This document shows positions 24,191 through 37,014 of a stretch of 64,000 nt of DNA, one piece after another (position 1 is the stretch's first letter; each line of letters starts with the position of its first letter). Position numbers and translations under genes: made by a program. Below the pieces are notes generated by a model that was given only the letters and a program-made list of their open reading frames with translations, searched no databases and was not told the origin of the DNA. Source of the stretch: Glaucostegus cemiculus (lineage: Eukaryota); assembly GCA_976551045.1 (NCBI GenBank), contig CDPCPM010000012.1, positions 41,354,001 through 41,418,000 on the forward strand, in the 5' to 3' direction.

Positions 24191-24244
24191 TTGAATCTTG
24201 AGTTAATCTTTGAGGCTGAAGACTAACCATTCAATCTACAATTA

Positions 24245-24420
24245 AGACAGAATGCTGGAAATACTCTGTACATCAGGCAGTGTCTGTGGAGAGAAACAAT
24301 GGTTTAGGCTGTTGACCTTGGAACAAGGAAAAGTTAGAAATGAAATGTATTTTAAGTTGCAGAGAAAGGTGGGAAAGTGCAGAGAGAACTAACAATGAGG
24401 TCTCTGATTGGATGGGGATT
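24245..24420 (-). mobile_element. PLE terminal fragment
   Basis: agaatgctggaaatactctgtacatcaggcagtgtctgtggagagaaaca...aaaagttagaaatg...tttaagttgcagaga. Confidence 0.65.
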
Positions 24421-24845
24421 TGGATATGTAGTAAGTGCCAATGAGCAACAAAAGATGTTTAGGAGAGGGGATGAAAGAAATCTGAAATTACTAGAAGAGG
24501 AGACAATCTGCCACTTGAAGATTTCATTCATCTCCTACTACTTACATCTTTTCCTGACATACCATTCTTTATTTGCCAACTTTTACCATATTTCAGCTAG
24601 TGCCACCATCACTTCTGTACTTCAGTCTCTTCTGGTCAAAAGCCTTCCGTTTTGTTCTCTTCACATGCATAACGTCAAACTGTCATATTAATTTGCTACT
24701 CCAATTCTACTCTAACATTGCCCTCAAACTTTGTTAATAACTCACAGATGCTTGAGATTCTGCAGTTAAGCTTTTGACATGTTGAATTCAACAACTTCAG
24801 AGATTGGGGCAGATTGTCCACTGTAATTGGGCTATTTCTGAGCAG

Positions 24846-25281
24846 TGTAACAATGTGTTGAAACTCTGTATCTGTCCTGATTCTGAGTACTGGCCCTTGA
24901 TTTGGTTCCTTAGATGCCTTGTTGTACAGCACATGGATTCCATGCTGGACTGATTGCATAATGACACACACCTGAACCCCATCAGGGGCCTAGCATAAGT
25001 ACCTGGGTTTCTCTAACACAAGTTGCTAGAGGATTGGTCAACGTTCAGGTATACTTTGGCTCCTAGCTGCTTAGAGTGGTCTACTCTAGAGCAGTCCTGT
25101 GTTCTCTATTCCTGCTTGAAGATTCAGTTTGTGTTGGGATTACTACTCAGATCTCTGAGGCAAGATTTCCTTCCAGTTGCTGCCTGTGTTTGGTCCTGAG
25201 GAAGTATCCTGACTCCAGTCTTGTACCTGTGTGCTGCATTTGGGTTCTCTGTGAGCTTGCTCTTCAATCACCATTGTGACA
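24846..25281 (+). mobile_element. Candidate Gypsy-type LTR (solo or orphan), 436 bp
   Basis: Bounded by TGTAACAATG (24846-24855) and CATTGTGACA (25272-25281), a 9/10 terminal inverted repeat with TG...CA ends. Internal cacacctg...cataagtacc resembles a fish LTR promoter region. No clean TSD. Confidence 0.45.
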
Positions 25282-25749
25282 GTATCCCACTCAGCAGAGT
25301 ACTAACTCCAGGACATCTGTGCTGTGCTGGTGGATTCCTCTTATCTCCACAAACACAAGCACAATGTCAACTTCTCAGCTCTTAGGCTTGAGACATTTGC
25401 CCCTAGTTAGAAGCAGAAAGAATTGTTACTGGAGGAAAGGTTAGTAGCACTTCCAATTTGATTTAATTATATATACCTATTTTAATCATATAATTTTTAA
25501 AGTTTTCTCTAATAATTTAAGTTTTTTAAAATTTTATTTCTTAACCAGGTGCTAAATGATTTCAATGGTATCGGCATTCTGTAACTGGTTTTTGCAGGTG
25601 ACTCATGGGACTGAGTCTTCCCAGCTCTGAATGTTGCTCCATCAATGTTTTCAGCCATTTGAGGCCATGGACCACACTACACTCTGCCCACCTCATCCAC
25701 ATCTTAGGTCTAAGTCTCCCAAGAGCAGGATTGAACCTGGAGGCATACT

Positions 25750-26120
25750 GAGAATAACACTATGTTTCAGGGTCAGGCAAACAATGATCTCTCTTCCCCC
25801 CCCCCCCCCCCCCCCATGCTGCCTCAATGATTTCATTTCTCCCCCATTATAACAAATTAGATCCATTGTTTTCCTTTATTACTAGTGCTTTTTATCTTGC
25901 ATCCCCACTTCTTTTGTCATTTTATCTAATTGTGCCTTCCATCCCATCATATTCCTTTCCTCTCTTCACCGCCACTTGTTCTGCATCTTAAAATTTGTTT
26001 TAAGAACTTTTCCAGTTGTAATGAAACATCACTTTCTTGAAAAGTTAACACTGTTTCTCACTTTAGAGGTGTTACTTAAATTACTGAGAATTCCCATCAT
26101 TTACTGCTTTTATTTCAAAA
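25750..26120 (+). mobile_element. Decayed PLE 3' end and terminal repeat
   Basis: ccagttgtaatgaaacatcactttcttgaaaagttaacactgtttctc...ctgagaattcccatcatttactgcttttatttca. Confidence 0.55.
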
Positions 26121-29100
26121 TGGACTTTTCACTGTTTCATACTAATTCTAAACTTGCAGTTTCAATGCTAGTTGTGTTATTGCCTTTGTTCGACTTAGTT
26201 ATATGACACCGGTGATGGATATGGAGTTTCAGTCACCTGCAGCTATTGTATCTCTGAAACTCCTTTGCCCTCTATGACAAGTCAACTTCATCGGTGAGTG
26301 TTGAGCCCACCCACAAAGATCAATTATAATATTAATGAAAATTTTGCACTTTGCACTTTCGCATTTAGTTAACCTCATCCATTTTGCACAAGACAGGAGC
26401 ATCTGGAGAGGCCTCATATGCACATTTTTATTTTTGAATTGTACATCAGTGCCACAAAATAACAGTGATAATTACCTCACTCCCTCCAAATCAAGCTCCA
26501 GAAAAGGAAACCAATCTGTTCGGCTACCAATAAGAACATGTTAAACCTGGAATTCTTATCGAGATTTAAAACAGAATGAGACATCATTTCAAATAAATAA
26601 ATCTCCAGATGAAATCTGGTAACAGCCACAGGTAACTTCAGATTCAGGTTATTCATGAATTTATTTGGGTGAATGTTCTATATCCAGACAGAATGGTATT
26701 TCATTCTGACTTCCCTACTTTTCATACAAAATGATTCATATTTTCATTCAAGTTCAATTGTATTGCATATATTGTTTCTGGCTGTTTTTGGACATTATCA
26801 TGTTGTATTGCAGATTTGTTTGTTGTTTGCTTTGTTGAATGCAACTGCTGTGATTTTTATCATGGTTTTGCACCACAGTCAATGTTGACGGAGAAGAGAT
26901 TGGTTATGTGTTTTTGAGTGAGGGGCTTGGGTTATTGGAATTCAGATTTTCATTGTGAAGTTCACATACTTGACAGTGAATGTCATTACTATACTCCCTA
27001 TTAGTCTTGTATGAAAGGCATTTGCTAGCCAATAGAAATGACCCTACAGCTGAAAAATAGAACTCCCTGCAGAGTTTCTGCTTTATTCTCAAAAAATAAA
27101 GATTGGCAAATTATTCCTTTCTTTCAGCTTTCTTTCACATCATCCTCCCCCTGCATTCTCTCCATATCTGTCCCTTTTGTTGCTGCTCTCAACATACTTA
27201 CAACCTTAATTCACCAAGACAAAGTTCATGGATGTACCAAATAGACCAATTGTTTATTGTTCCTCCAAAGCCAAAAAAAATCAATACATGACTGACTATG
27301 GATGATCCTATTTATTTCTGGAACTAAGCTTTTACATTAACTCTGTCATAAGATGACTCTTCACCTATACTAACAATGCAGGGAGATTCCTAACTTCATT
27401 CCACTTAGCCATTTCGATTACTATAGTTGCCATTTGACAGTGGTTGCTTTTTAGTTTACAATGTCCTTAGCATTAGCTGAATCCTTTGCCTACAGAGTGT
27501 TGTAGAACTTGCAGGAAAAAGTATCAACTTGCTTCTGCCTCCTACTTTCTGAAAAACATTTAAAAGAGGAGACAGAACTATTCCAACAACCAAAGCCCAG
27601 ATCATTGTTTTTATTTTAACTTGCACAAAACTACCAGAATTAAAAGGGGGTGGGGAAAACTATTTAGATTCCCTAAATATACAACACAGGAGAGGATAAA
27701 AAGAAATGTAATTACCTTTATTCTGCTATTGTAAATTCGGTCTTGAGAAAGGAGGGCAGCCAAGATTGCAGCTCAGCTGTAATCACCAACTTCAAAATAA
27801 GTTCAACACTTACTTGGTAGTCAGTTCAACCTCTAGATTTTAACTACTGGAAGAATATTTATATTTTATTTGCTATGCTTGACTGTTTTCCTATAAAGGA
27901 AAAGACCATGTTATCAGACAGACTACATAAGTATTTTGAAGTGATTTCATTTCTAGAGGGTAGTGGATCAAAGGGTATTAAATGGTGTTTGCATTCTTGC
28001 ACATCAAGGAATCAAATGCTAATTCACAACAAATAATCTCCAGTGCTACGATTTATGTTACAGGACCCTACTGAACTATGAGCATTCTCCACTCATCCAC
28101 ATACCACACATCATAGTGTAATGAACCTCCCAAAACCCATGACCAAGGGTATTGGGCAAATCACCTCAATTTTCCCCTAAGTATGGTAATACAGACAGCA
28201 ACACAAAAATAAGACTGTACTGAGGTCAGAAGATGACGAATGAAAATCTACATTTAAACAGGACTTTGTTAATTAACATTTATTATTAAAGTATAATCAA
28301 AAGAAGGGCTGATATAATTGAAAAGGCTAGGAATCTTGTGCTGAAAATTCTACCAGGTACTTCACGTTGTATCTGATTTAGAGTAAGATAAAAAAAGTGC
28401 TCCAAAAATAGCTAGATGTTGCACGTTAAGCAGTTATCGTCATTCAGCAACCAAGAAACTATTTCAAGAAACCTCAAAGAAGTTGATGGCTCAGATTTAG
28501 AATGCAGCTCATTCAGTTGACTCAGTGAACTTCCTGCAACATATAATTGTTGCCAAGTCTTCAGCTGTCTCAAGTTACAGGTAGTGCTTTCTTTGTAAAT
28601 GTTGATCCAGATCAGGCAGTTCTTCCTACTTCTATTTTAATTTACTCTCATGCTTCATTTGCAACTCAGTCAGCTGCCTAACAGTGAAATATAGTACTGG
28701 CAAACAAGATTGCATCATGGAAAAAAAAGTTCTTTTGCAATTTATTGAGGTTTTATTTATAAACCTTTGCCACTTTCTTGCTGCTTTTTTTTCCGTGACA
28801 AAACTTTCTCTGCCAATTTACTGCTCTTTCCAAGATGATCATTCACTGGTTGTTTCAGTTCAGTGGAAAATTAGTGGAATGGTTCCTCTTCCAACTTGAC
28901 GTAGTTAATATGTAGTTATTGATATGAGGCACCAGTGAACTATTTAATCATAGTGAATATCAAAGGCAAGTTTCCCTTCCAAACCTACAGGAGTTTTGGC
29001 CAACTCTGCCAACCCTCCTGTTATAGCAGTTCAGATGAACAAACTATCCCAGGCCAGCAATCATACTATAAACCTTCCTTTGTCATTATAACTATTTGTC

Positions 29101-29479
29101 CAATGAGCATAGCAAGCCATTAGTTAAGCTTCTTCCTGAAAATGATATTGCAAATAGTATTATCGATGCCACTGAATGAGGAGAGGAAAAAAAAGCATGA
29201 TGTTTTGGCAAGATCATAAAAATGTTATTCAATGATATTTAAGATGATATTCATTGAAGAAAATTTATCTCCCACACTTCTTTCTTTGGAGTCCCTGGCA
29301 TATATACTGTCCAATTATGATTTCCATTACTGTCAGGTATGTGTCTTCTCCATTATACACAAGAGAACTGCAGTTGTTGGACTGGACTCTGGAGCAATAA
29401 ACAATCTGCTGGAGAAAGGCAACTCGGGCAAAGGAAGCCATTGGTTTCCTCATTGGGTCTGGAGGAGCTTCCTGCATCT

Positions 29480-31505
29480 GTGGCTGACAAAGGAAGTCGG
29501 GGATAGCATAGTGTTAAAAAGGAAGAAGTATGGCAGAGCTAAGCTGAGTGGGAAGACAGAAGATTGGGAAATTTTTAAGGTGCAGCTGAATTTAACTAAA
29601 AAGGTAATTCGGGAAGAAAAAATGAGGTACGAAGGCAAGCTAGCTAGGAATATCAAAGAGGATAGCAAAAGCTTTTTTTAGGTATGTGAAGGGAAAGAAG
29701 CTAGTTAGGAACAATGTTGGGCCCTTGAAGACTGAATCGGGTGAAATTATTGCGGGAAACAGGGAGATGGCAGTCTAATTTAATAAGTACTTTAGATCTG
29801 TATTCACTGGGGAAGACGTAAGAAATCTCCCAGAGGTACGGATGGACAAAAGGCAGAGGGTGACGGAGGAACTGAAGTGGATTGACATTAGGAAAGAAAT
29901 GGTGATGGGTAGACTAATGGGGCTGAAGGCTGACAAATCCCCAGGTCCAGATGGTCTGCATCCCAGGGTACTGAAGGAGGTGGCTCTAGAAATTGTGGAT
30001 GCATTGGTGATCATTTTCCGATGTTCCCTAGATTCTGGGTCAGTTCCTGAGGATTGGAGAATGGCCAATGTTATCCCACTTTTTAAGAAAGGATGGAGGG
30101 AGAAAATGGGGAACTATCGTCCGGTTAGCCTGACGTCTGTGGTGGGGAAGATGCTAGAGTCCATTATTAAGGATGATGCGTATAGCGGCATATTTGGATA
30201 GCAATGATAGGATTGGGTCGAGTCAACATGGATTTACCAAGGGCAAATCGTGCTTGACTAATCTACTGGAGTTTTTTGAGGATGTAACCAGGAAAATAGA
30301 CGAGGGAGATTTGGTGGATGTTGTGTACCTCGACTTTCAGAAGGCATTTGATAAGGTGCCGCACAGGAGATTGGTGGGTAAAATGAGGGCTCATGGAATT
30401 CGGGGGAGGGTATTAACTTGGATAGAAAACTGGTTGGCAGATAGGAAACAAAGGGTAGGGGTGAATGGATGTTTCTCGGAATGGCAGGCCGTGACTAGTG
30501 GGATGCCGCAGGGCTCGGTGCTGGGACCGCAGCTGTTTACGATCTATGTTAATGATTTAGATGAAAGCATTGAGAATAACATTAGCAAGTTTGCTGATGA
30601 TACAAAGTTGGGTGGCAGTGTGACATGTGTAGAGGAAGTTAGGAGGATTCAAGGTAACTTGGATAGGTTGGGTGAGTGGGCAGATACTTGGCAGATGAAG
30701 TTTAATGTGGATAAGTGTGAGGTTATCCACTTTGGGAGCAGGAACAGGAAGGCGGATTATTATCTGAATGGTGTGGAGTTAGGTAAAGGGGAGGTACAAA
30801 GGGATCTAGGAGTCCTTGTTCATCAGTCGTTGAAAGTGAATGAGCAAGTGCAGCAGGCGGTGATGAAGGCTAATGGAATGTTGGCCTGTATTACGAGGGG
30901 AATTGAGTACAAGAGCAAAGAGATTCTTTTGCATTTGTACAGGGCCCTGGTGAGTCCGCTCCTGGAGTATTGTGTACAGTTTTGGTCTCCAGGGTTAAGG
31001 AAGGATATCCTGGCTATAGAGGGCGTGCAGCGTAGGTTTACAAGGTTAATTCCGGGGATGTTGGGACTGTCTTATGCAGAGAGGTTGGATAGACTGGGAT
31101 TGTACACGCTGGAATTGAGAAGATTGAGAGGGCATCTGATTGAAACATACAAGATTATTAAGGGATTGGACAAGATAGAGACAGGGAATATGTTCCAGAT
31201 GTTGGGGAAGTACAGGACCAGAGGGCATGATTTAAGAATAAGGGGTAGGCCATTTAGGACAGAGGTGAGGATAAACTTCTCCCAGAGGGTTGTGAGTTTG
31301 TGGAATGCACTGCCTCAGAGGGCAGTGGAGGCCAATTCTCTGGGCACTTTCAAGAAGGAGCTAGATAGGTTTCTTATAGATAGGGGAATCAAAGGATATA
31401 GGGACAAGGCAGGAATGGGATATTGAGTGTTGAAGATCAGCCATGATCTCAAAATAGCGGAGCAGACTCGAAGGGCCGAATGGTCTACTTCTGCTCCTAT
31501 TGTCT
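29480..31505 (+). mobile_element. Relatively young 5'-truncated CR1 LINE (~2 kb)
   Basis: Begins at the WLTKEV codons. Continuous ORF2 homology with few frameshifts, complete 3' UTR with gggccgaatggtct hairpin and ctattgtctat tail. Possible TSD atctgt at 29476-29481 and 31506-31511. Confidence 0.95.
30173..31426 (+). pseudogene. CR1 ORF2 reverse transcriptase domain (417-aa open segment)
   Basis: [47 protein letters not shown] and the CR1 C-terminus. The upstream part lies in other frames (29842..30201). Confidence 0.93.
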
Positions 31506-32094
31506 ATCTGTTGGTCCCGGATGGGAAGGTTCTTCACTGGCCTTAATGGACCTCCTGAAACCTAGGCCTCAGTGAAGCACGGAAGCATTAGCTTCCTTTT
31601 GAGCTGGTAAATCCATGATGTATAAATCCTTCAGACAGGCATCTCATTGATCTGGAGAACCCTGCAGACTGGGATGATAAATTGTACAAATGGTCAATTC
31701 TTGAGTGAGAAAATATTCTGCTTATTTTTAACTGCCCACAAATCCATCTCCTAGCAGTTGGGTAGGGTTAAATTCAATCTCTTGGTGATACAAGACTTGC
31801 TTTATTCCACAGCAAGTGAACAGATACTGCACCAGCTATCATCAGCTTTGTTGATGGCATAACTTGTGTTCACCTCATAATACAAAAATAATGAACAAGT
31901 TATGCTTCCCCACATCACTGGCTTGTCTTGCTTCATTTAAACATGGGAAATTAGAGCTTTCCCTGCACTGCATCTTTCTTGCATCATTTTGTTTCAAAAA
32001 ACTAACCCTAAGTGCTGGCACCACATCCCTTAGCCCAGCCTTCGTCTTAGCCTAGACTTCGTCTGACCTTGCTGTTCTTAGCCACAACGCAAAA

Positions 32095-32420
32095 AACAGT
32101 GGCAACAAGGTATCAGAGGCTGGGTATTCTGTAGTGAGTGAATAATTTTCTCACTCCCCAAACCCATTTCACCAGCTTCAAAACAGAAATGCATTTTCCC
32201 AGATAAGTGCAACTTAAATAGCACTCAGAAAGCTCAACCCAATTTAGGATAAAGCTGCTGTTTAATCAGCAGCCAATCTTCTACTGTAAAATTCACTCCC
32301 AACTCCATACCACAGTTTGCCGTCTACGCAAACAACAGCTGAACCTAACACAGCATCGTTGACAGCATATTCTGAACTTAAAACCTCCACTGCCTGAAAG
32401 GACAAGAACAGGAGGTACAA
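32095..32420 (+). mobile_element. Decayed CR1-group LINE (second lineage) ORF2 C-terminus
   Basis: cagaggctgggtattctg (QRLGIL) ... aagctcaacccaatttaggataaagctgc (KL..I.DKAA). Confidence 0.6.
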
Positions 32421-32614
32421 CAATTAAATGTTTCCCTTGAATCCTTTTTTTTTATGAGAGGGACCTGGAGTGGCTGGTGAACCATATAGCCTGCAGAAGG
32501 GATGTGCTTTGTTTAAAGGGCCCCATGAATCTTTGTGGGCTATTCACAAGTGACACTGACAGATGATTGCCATAGAGGTCTGAGTTAAGAGCAACGTTGC
32601 CCACCATGCTGACT

Positions 32615-33123
32615 TGGGCAGCAGGAGCCACTGCCTCAAGAAGGCAAAAGCCATTATCAAAGATCCTCACCATCCAGGCCATGTCATCTTGCAGCTACCA
32701 TCAGGCAGGAGGTACAGAAGCCTGAAGTCCCACACAACCAGGTTCAAGAACAGCTACTTCCCTTCAACCATTCAGTTCTTTAACCAACTAGCACAACCCT
32801 AATCACTACTTCAGTATAGCAACACTATGATCACTTTGGGAGGGAAGAGTTACATAGATCTCAGAGCAGGATAAAATGTCGGCACAACATTGTGGGCCGA
32901 AAGGCCTGTAACTGCAGTGATATTCTGTGTTTTGATCACTTTGCTCTAAAACGGACCTTGTGTTTATTTGTTCTTGTAAAAATTGTGCATAATTTATGTT
33001 TAATTTGTTTTTCTTATGAATGCTGCCTATACAATGTTCTGTGCCAGTGATGCTACTGCAAATAAGTTTTGCATTGCACCTGTGCATACATGTACTTGTG
33101 CATATAATAATAAGCTTTGACAT
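32615..33123 (+). mobile_element. Rex1/Babar LINE 3' end
   Basis: ORF 32614..32802 (KAKAIIKDPHHPGH...LPSGRRYRSLKSHTTRFKNSYFPSTI) plus 3' UTR ending tacttgtgcatataataataagctttgac. Confidence 0.88.
32839..32932 (+). mobile_element. 94-bp CR1 3'-tail insertion with 11-bp TSD
   Basis: gtcggcacaacattgtgggccgaaaggcctgta...ttctgtgtt flanked by tgatcactttg at 32828-32838 and 32933-32943. Confidence 0.85.
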
Positions 33124-33329
33124 CTATTGCCTGTCCTTCACTTCCAATGAGGTGACAATCCCAGATCTCCCAGACTAACAAGACTGCAGGAGTACTTTTA
33201 CAATACAAACTGCTGAATTTCAAAAGAGCACTTTCTCAAGGACAAGTTGATAGTCAGTATGGACTCAATGGGCTGAAGAGTTCATTTCCATACCGTATCC
33301 CTCTATGATTTTGTAACCAGAATTGGAGT

Positions 33330-34330
33330 GATCTGATTGGGATTAGAATAAAGAACATTTTGCCTCTCCTTTAAAGAGACAGATTAAGATGGGCTTCATA
33401 CGGGCTCCCATTGCAAGATGGCTTAGAGGGATTAATTGGAGTGGAAGGGGAAGAAGTTCATTGTGAAATCAAATTCAGCTCAGCAGAGAAGGGTGGGGGT
33501 GAAAGGGAGATGCTTAGGTCTCCATTTAAAGATGTAATGGGCCCTTAGGTTGTTCAGGCAGGGAATGGAGATGTGAGGAGAATGGACACCCTGAGTTTAA
33601 GGTGAGGTTGTTAGATCCAGGAAACTGTATACCACTAATGTACCGGAGTGCATTGGAAGAGTTTCAATTATAGTGGGGAAGAGACTGAAATAGTGAAGGT
33701 AAATAGGATTGTGACAGAATCAAGTAATTCTAAAGAACAGTAACAAGATAAAAGAAAAGTTCCAACAGTCAGTGCTGTTTGTGGATGTTGGGCAGACCTG
33801 CATGACTGAGGGACAGTTTGGAGCGAAAAAGGAAGAATCTCCAGAGGAGATAAAGTCACTGACAGTCTGAGAAGTGTTTGGTGATTTGGTTAAGAGAGAG
33901 GTACGAGTTGGCCTTATCTTTGCTGCTTGGTGAACTGACCCTTATCTTGCAATGTTTTCCCCCTCTTCTGCAGACTTAATGATAATGCATGGCTTGAAGT
34001 TTAGGGAACTGAGTTCTGCCAGTTCTGTGGATGGTAGCTTGGAGTAAGCAAGTAGAGCATGCCTACTGAAATGCTCAGTGAAGTGTCAGCTGTTCACAAT
34101 GAAAAGGTCAAGAGGTAAGAGATCAGACAAGAGTCCAGGTGATAAGGAATTTTGAAGGTCAATCTGCTCTGTGGTTGAAAGTCTCCTAGGCAAAGATGGA
34201 GATCTTGAAAGAAGAGCTTGATGTGATGCTTAGTCTAACATTAGTGGAAGTGTGGACTGAAATAATTAAGTGGCTATCCCTGTTGAGGGATTCAGAGAGC
34301 TGATGGACATAGTGTATACCTATCAAAGGT
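33330..34330 (-). mobile_element. Possible very old L2-group LINE debris
   Basis: Purine-rich plus strand with weak L2-like segments. No intact diagnostic motif. Confidence 0.3.
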
Positions 34331-35204
34331 AGGGTGGGGAGTGGGAAATGAAAATGGAAAAGAAAAAAATCCTGGGCACCATGTTGGTGTTTGCAATCCT
34401 TGACCCCTGAAAGGAAGAATAAAATGTTCTTGTAAAAATACAAGATGATGCAAAGGATGGAAGTGCAGTCAGGACAGTGAGTATGAAAGTGATGCTGAGA
34501 CCCAGAGCATGCACATACTGAAATATCTGTAATGACCAATAGCTTCAAAACATGAAAGGCGTTATTTCTATTGGAATCCTTTGCATTTACCGAGTACATT
34601 TTCAGTAAGCCATGGTTTGATGGATGGATCTCTTGTCTTCATGTTTCTGCAGAGTAGAGCTTAACAATTCAGTCTGGACTCTGTCACTAAGGAAAAGAGC
34701 TCTGTCTGTGAAAGCCAAGTTTGCTAGATACCTGATCAAAGACAAGGAGGGAAGCAGAAAACAGTGAAGGTGAACAAGATGAAAGAAATCCTGTTGAAAA
34801 GTAAAGTGGAAGTTTTTCAGTGTGAGTACTTTGGGAAGAGAAGAGGTAATGAATTAAACAACAAAACAAAAAAAAGCACTGTGGATGCTGCAAACCTGAA
34901 ATAACAGCAGAAACTGATAAATACTCAAATTAAACATAATCACATGTTTTCTATTACATAAGCCAGAGACTTGTCAATAAAATCAATGAAAAGATGTAAA
35001 GGTCCCTGTGCTTGAAAACGAGCTACAGAATAAACTCTCCTGAAAAGGATAGAGCTTGACAGTTCAAGTACTGTATATCCAATCGGGTGTAATGTTTATT
35101 ACTGACAAAAACCAACTCATAGCTTACTTTTCATTTCTTCAGAATTCAACTATTGGGGATTTTTTAAAAATAGAATTTAATTTCTTTACAATGAAATACA
35201 TAAA

Positions 35205-35835
35205 AACATAGGAAATGAGGAGCAGGATTAGGTCCTTGGCCCTTCTAGCCACCTTTATCAATCATCAAAATCATGATTGATCTTTTATTTCAGAACCATT
35301 TCCCTACACATTTGGTCCATTAAATCTATGTCAGTTCATAGAGCAATTCCATCAGCCTCTTTCTCTCACTCATTTCCCTGCACCCTATTACTACTTGCAT
35401 GCCAGTTAACTCCCCTCAATTCTTCTACCACCCACCTATACAAAAGGAAATTCACAGTGACCAATTAACCTACCAACCCGCACATCTTTGGGATGTGAGG
35501 AGAAACCAGAGCATCCAGGGGAAGCCAAGGTGGTCAAAGGGCGAATGTGCAAACTCAACACGGACTGCAGCTGAGGACAGGATTGAACCCGAGTTGCAGG
35601 ATCTGTGAGGCTGCAGCACTTCCTGCTGTGTGACTGAGCTGTGCTATCCCCATATCCCCCAATTCCTTTAATATCCAGACATCTACTGATAACCTGTTTT
35701 GAGTGAACTCAATGACTGAGCCTGCACAGTTTTCTGCAGTAGAGAATTTCAAAGTTCTGCTCCACCCTGTATTAGAACTTCCTGTTCATCTCCATCCTGA
35801 ATGGTTTACCTGTTATTCTGAGACCATGACCCCGG
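35205..35835 (-). mobile_element. CR1 3' end split by a V-SINE
   Basis: Tail and hairpin at 35205-35310. Resumes at ~35646 (tatccccatatccccc...agtagagaatttcaaag...ttattctgagaccatgacccc). Confidence 0.7.
35310..35645 (-). mobile_element. V-SINE (HE1-like)
   Basis: tttgggatgtgaggagaaaccagagc...gaatgtgcaaactc...ggattgaacccgag is the reverse complement of the V-domain and B-box. Confidence 0.8.
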
Positions 35836-35934
35836 GGTTTTTTATTTTACGTATTTTCTTTCTGTCTTTATCTCTCTATCACATCCATCACTTCCCCTCA
35901 CTATTTCACTTTTGGTGCATAGTTTGGCATCGAA

Positions 35935-36302
35935 CTAGATTAGTATAGTTTATTCTGATATACACCAGGGTGCAATGAAATTCCTTGTTCACATAAAACT
36001 CGCAGAGTAAACAATAAATACAACCAGAGCAAAACTACAGAATGGTGAAAAATTTACTGCAATCTGAAGTAGTGCAAAAAGAATACAAAAGGGGCATTAG
36101 CGAGAGACGTAGAATTAAGAGTCCTAGAATGTGGCAGCACTACAGGGAAGGGGATGTGAATGAGGTGATTGGTTCAGAAGTCTGATAGCAGTGGGGAAGA
36201 ATCTGTTCTTGAGTCTGGATGCCCAGGCTTTCAAGCTCCTGTATCTTCTCCCAGAGGGTAGATGAGAGAAAAGGGAATGGCCAGGGTGGTAATCATCCTT
36301 GA
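35935..36302 (-). mobile_element. Rex1/Babar LINE 3' end
   Basis: ggggaagaatctgttcttgagtctgg...ctcctgtatcttctcccagaggg...tggccagggtggtaatcatccttga reads KDDYHPGH..LPSGRRYRSL...RLKNRFFP on the minus strand. Confidence 0.75.
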
Positions 36303-37014
36303 AACTAAATATCTGAACTGAGACTTCTGGTTTAGACTCTGGCTCGTTAAAAATTCTTCCAACTGGTTAAGGTGACTCAGAGTTGCTTGATCATTTCCTT
36401 CAAGTTCCCATTCCCCTGTGGAGGACACTCGTTTGGATTTCTAATCACTGCAACTTCCAGTCTGTAAGGGCAAGTGTAAGTATAATTAATGACTTGTGCA
36501 GTTTGTTTGCAGCAATATTCAGGCTATTGACTCTTGGCATGATCTTCCGTAAAATTTGTTAGCTAATATGGGTCGATCTTTGAATGAAAGTGTCGGGTGA
36601 AAACTGATACATTTTCCCAGTTCATTAGTTATCTGTCCATACAAAATGAATGCTTAGAGAGAGTGTATAGTTATGGAGCAATGCATGAATAAGAATTGCG
36701 AGTATTACCCAAGTGTATCACTTTGCCTTTCTTCAGTATTTGAAAGCTTTAGGGAAAAATATGCCCACAGGCAGATCTGCCAGCATTTCCTTGGTTCCTT
36801 CCCACACTTTCTCCGAACAATTATATTTTTTCCATATTATTTAATATTACACAACTAACTCTTTTTCGATGAATGTTCAATAATAAAAACAATCAGAGCT
36901 ATAAGGAACCGCACATCATCATGTCAAACTGTTAATCTGTGTGAAGAAAATACAAAACAAAATTGCCAGAGTCCTCTCAAAATAATTGGACTGTTTTTGT
37001 TCTCATCATGATCA

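Noticed and set aside
27700-27830. Faint resemblance to an LF-SINE-like ancient repeat (gctcagctgtaat)
   Set aside because: The match is too short and diverged to support by eye.
29232-29681. 149-aa ORF that looks like a host-TE fusion gene
   Set aside because: Chance read-through from unique flank into the 5'-truncated CR1 at ~29480. The N-terminal part has no recognisable homology and the ORF stops at a poly-T frameshift.
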